Part shown: positions 59,760 through 64,000 of the stretch, piece by piece
Layout of the letters: every line of letters starts with the position of its first letter
How positions within the stretch are numbered: the stretch's first letter is position 1
DNA from: Eledone cirrhosa
Taxonomy: Eukaryota
NCBI GenBank assembly: GCA_964016885.1
Contig: OZ024740.1
Coordinates: forward strand, 108,004,001-108,068,000
DNA length: 64,000 nucleotides
Reading direction: 5' to 3'
Notes under the pieces: generated by a model
The model's input: the letters and a program-made list of their open reading frames with translations, nothing else
The model's database searches: none
What the model was told of the DNA's origin: nothing
Made by a program: the position numbers and the translations under genes

Positions 59760-60802
59760 CAGTGGGGGAGGGTGCTCTGAAAGTACAGTAGCTAGAGTCA
59801 GAACTGGATGGAAAAAGTTCAGAAAGCTTATACCACTATTAGCCGCTAAAGGGTTCTCCCTAAAAATGAAAGGCAGGTTGTATGATGCCTGCATACGAAC
59901 AGCAATGTTGCATGGCAGTGAGACCTGGGCATTGTGTGCAGAGGATATACGCAGACTAGAGAGGAACGAAGCTTGCATGCTCCGCTGGATGTGTAATAGT
60001 AATATACGTGAACGGCAAAGCATAAACGAACTAAGGAAAAAATTAGAAATAAGAGGGATCAGATGTTGTTTACTCGAGAGAAGGCTACGTTGGTATGGTC
60101 ACGTGATGCGCATGAAAGACGATAGCTGTATAACAAAGTGCAGGGCAATAAAGATAGACGGTAGCCACGGAATAGGCAGACCCAGAAAAACCTGGGACGA
60201 GCTGATAAACTCCGACCTCACATACTTACACCTCTCCAAGACAATGTCACTGGACCGAGACCTTTGGTGGTACTCAGTAATAGAGAAGACCCGCCTTACC
60301 TAAATACAAAGTAAAACCTACTACAGTCATTAGGCATCTCTAACAAAATACACCCCGTCCCACCACCCCCACCCCATCCACACCGCCCCTTTCAATGTAA
60401 AGTTATGTTGGTGCCACAACATCCAGGCCGAAACAAATGAGATCGTGTAGGTGTCACGACAAAACACACAGTCCACGCTGTAATGTGGCCGTGTAGGCAA
60501 CACGGTAAAAACCTCCCAGCCCCACACTGTAAATGTGGTTGGTGTTAGGAAGGGCATCCAGCCGTAGAAAACCCGCCAGACAGTCCACGCTGTAATGTGG
60601 CCGTGTAGGCAACACGGTAAAAACCTCCCAGCCCCACACTGTAAATGTGGTTGGTGTAGGAAGGGCATCCAGCTGTAGAAAACCCGCCAGACAGTCCTAT
60701 GCGAGCAAGACAATCACTCTTGCCTCAAGTGGGAAATACCCCCGTCCAAACCCATGCAAGCGTGGAACACGGACGTTAAACGTTGATGATGATGATGATG
60801 AT
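59760..60802 (+). mobile_element. 3' fragment of RTE subfamily 1
   Basis: Matches 21066-21995. About 110-bp tandem duplication in the 3' UTR and a (GAT)n tail. Confidence 0.95.
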
Positions 60803-61640
60803 ATACATATTTATATGTATAACCATGCTAGCATGGAACATAGACGTTAAACACTGATGATGATATATTATCTATCGGACATGGGATTATTTAACTCTTT
60901 TGATACCAAACTGCCCCTGCTTTTAGGATACAAAATGGTTTGTTTTATTTTTCTGAAAAACATCCCATCATAATTTTATGTTCAGTTATGTTCCAAATAG
61001 GTTAATAATGAGAAAATGATTATATTACTAAATCACCCCGAATACTTGATTATTTAAAAAACCATAAGCAGCATCTTTCATTAGAAATATTGTAATGAAA
61101 ATGTTAGCAATACAGTTAAATAGTAATTATATTAACTAGGCTATTATCTTGTGTCTACATCTCTCATCCCCATCATTATTGATGATGAGGACAGCGTAGT
61201 GCAGTACTTTATTTATTGGTCATGAGATCAATCCCCAAGTTAGTCTATTATATATCTTCTTTATAACGCGACAAACTGGCAGAGTCATTAGAATATCAGA
61301 TAAATACTTTTGAGTTTTCGTTTTGCCTTTCATCCATTCAAGGTCAATGAAAAAAGTATCAATCTAGTACTGGGGTTGATTCTTCCTTTATATCCTTCTC
61401 TCACTTCCATTCTCCTACTCTCTCTATCCTTCTCTGGAAGAAATCTGCTGTATTCAGACCTGGAGAGGATTGGGCTTCGCCAGGTTTTAAAATGCCCTAG
61501 AAATACTGTGTCAATACGGTGCCCCTACGATCACTCAGGAGTTACAGCACCATGCATATCTTCTTCTTTAGCATATAGCTGTCTAGTACTGGACACATTT
61601 CTCTCCAAGTCCCTTCTTTCCCTCCCTGTCCATCATTATT

Positions 61641-61830
61641 GGTAGATTGGCAGTATCGGTAGAGGGTCAGACACCATGCTTTGACACATAGAGTTACGGC
61701 CCTTGCCATTCTGAGTTCAAATCCCGCCGAGGTTAACTTTGCCTTTCATCCTTACGGGGTCGATAAATTAAAATACCAGTAATGCACTGGGGTAATTGCT
61801 GGCCTTGTGCCGAAAGTAGAAACAATTAGT
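61641..61830 (+). mobile_element. SINE family B
   Basis: Same family as 17437-17625. Confidence 0.85.
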
Positions 61831-62324
61831 ATTGTCCAAACTGGTTTTGTACCTCCCCTTATCATTTTCATGTATTCATCAATATTGTCCCTCTATCTCC
61901 TCTTCTACTTTCTCTCCTTCTCTGTACCACTCATGCAATGTGCTCTGTGGTCCTTTTCACCCATCTATTGTCTTCCATCCTGGGCTAAATGTCCCCCCCC
62001 CCCCCCACCACCACCACCACCACCACTCTAGTTTAAGTAGAACTTAGAACAAGAAAATGACATAACAAGCAACTAATTAACTAATATGGATAATGGAATG
62101 AAAAATCTATCTTTGAAGTCTGAATAAAATTCTGAGAACATTACCTGTAGGTACAGGTATGGGTTTATGGTTAAGAAGTTCACTTAACAACTATATGGTT
62201 TCAGATTCCATCTTATTGCATGACACCATGGGCAGATTTCTTTTAATATAAACTTGGGCCAACTAATGCTTTGTGAATGAATTCAGTAGATGAAAGCTTT
62301 AAGAAAATCCAACATATATGTGTG

Positions 62325-62359
<35 letters not shown>

Positions 62360-62689
62360 CAGTTTACTGCATGCGTCTTCATATAAACATTTAAGTGGTG
62401 ACATTTATGTCATACATTAAATAATATATCCTGCTGTGTAAAATTTCAACAAAGTTGAGCTGTATATACCATACTTATAAATAAAGCAGAGATTGGCATC
62501 TGGCCATAGAAATACTGCCTCAAAAACATTTCATCCAGCCCACACCAGCATAAAAAGTGGACATAAAATGATGATGATGCTACCTGAAAATTATCAGCAA
62601 ATACTGAATCAAAACAATAAAATAGAATAACTAAAAACACCTAAGATTAGGTTAACAAACCAGTTAATCTTTAGTAATAAGTTTCATCT

Positions 62690-63070
62690 CAGTTAGATAA
62701 ACCAGTAGATATAGGAACATGGTTTAACTAGCTTCTGAGATAAACCCCCACCCCAGTGGTTATGGGAACATTGCTTAACTGGCTTCTGAGATGAACCCAG
62801 TAGTTATGGGGTCATGGCTTAACTACTTCCTTCTTAGATAAACCATCAGTAATTATGGGAACATGGCTTAACTACTTCTTAGATAAACCACTAATAGTTG
62901 TGGGAACATGACTTAACTAGCTTCTGAGATAAACCACTAGTTGTTATGGAACTATGGCTTAACTAATTCCTTCTTAGATAAACCATCAGTTGTTATGGGA
63001 ACATGGCTTAACTACTTCCTTCTTAGATAAGCCATCTGTAGTTATGGAAACATGGCTTAACTAGCTTTTT
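62690..63070. repeat. Diverged minisatellite of about 45 bp, about 8 copies
   Basis: GATAAACC...AGTAGTTATGGGAACATGGCTTAACTA recurs. A related copy lies at 55860-55915. Confidence 0.85.
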
Positions 63071-63599
63071 ATTAGATTAGGTCACACATCTTTTAAATTT
63101 CCTCCTCCCGTTTATAATTACTTTCTGGTCTGTGTCACATGACTAATTATATTACCTCATTAATCTTACTAATTTTTAGACAATCCTCTAACCCAGTGAT
63201 CTCCAGCATTTTTAGAAACATGAACTCCAAATATAACCGATATTCCCTGATATGAATCCTAAATATAACAGAGAGACTTATAAAGATCCTTCAAACTAAA
63301 TAAAAAGAAATATGTACACATTTATAGTGCTTTCCTTTATTAAAAAAATATACTATTTCATAAAAGAATAACATCTAAAAGTAGAAACTTTAGAATATCA
63401 GTAAGAATGTTATGAAAACTGTCAAACGTTGCTGACAAACCCTGAAGACCTGAAGAGACCCTATATTTTCATTGAACCTATTGGGTTCATATGAAACCAA
63501 GATGGAGATCACAGAGATAACCTAACACTGCCCTTTCCCGAAAACAACAATAATCTTTTTTTTCTAATTTTATAATGAACCTACAATATTAGATTATGT

Positions 63600-63895
63600 G
63601 AAGGTATTTAATGTAGTGATTGTTCAGCTCATGATCATAGGGTCATGAGTTCCCAAGGGCACATTGTGTCCTTGAGCAAGACTCTTTATTTCCCATGCCT
63701 CCAGTTCACTCAACTGAAGAAAATGAGTTCTACCTGCAATTCAAAAGACCAGCATTGTCACATACTAAGTCATGCTGAATCTCCCTGATAGCTACAGTAA
63801 GGGTACATGTATCTGTGGATTGCTCAGCCAATTGCACATAGATTTCCGAATTAGGCTGTTCTATTGATCAAAACAACTGGAATACTTGTCAGAAT
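63600..63895 (+). mobile_element. SINE family A
   Basis: Same core and tail as 14810-15115. Confidence 0.7.
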
Positions 63896-64000
63896 AACAT
63901 TACACACTCTTTAAATCATGCCAGAAATCTCCTGTGAACTGTGTTTTTATTCATCCAAAAATTGTTCAGTTTTTTTCCTCCCCCTCAATAAAATGAGCCT

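Overview
Repeat-saturated, AT-rich eukaryotic DNA. The tRNA-SINE, RTE-LINE and (TA)n landscape suggests an octopus-like cephalopod (inference). No intact host gene can be supported, and nearly all long ORFs are repeat artefacts. The window holds a 13.5-kb 48-bp minisatellite, a 31-bp minisatellite, multi-kb (TA)n tracts, many truncated RTE and CR1-type LINEs, a CRE-type endonuclease relic, SINEs, Tc1/mariner and TTAA MITEs, and a probable Helitron. The main signal is a set of type I hammerhead ribozyme (HHR) motifs. The best is a tandem array of near-identical 422-bp units at 25799-27246, with one complete extended HHR in each of the three full units. This matches a non-LTR retrozyme expected to yield a 422-nt circular RNA. 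There is also a Penelope-like GIY-YIG relic with its own HHR, several other HHR variants, and fold-back palindromes built on HHR parts. All RNA structures were paired by eye, not computed.
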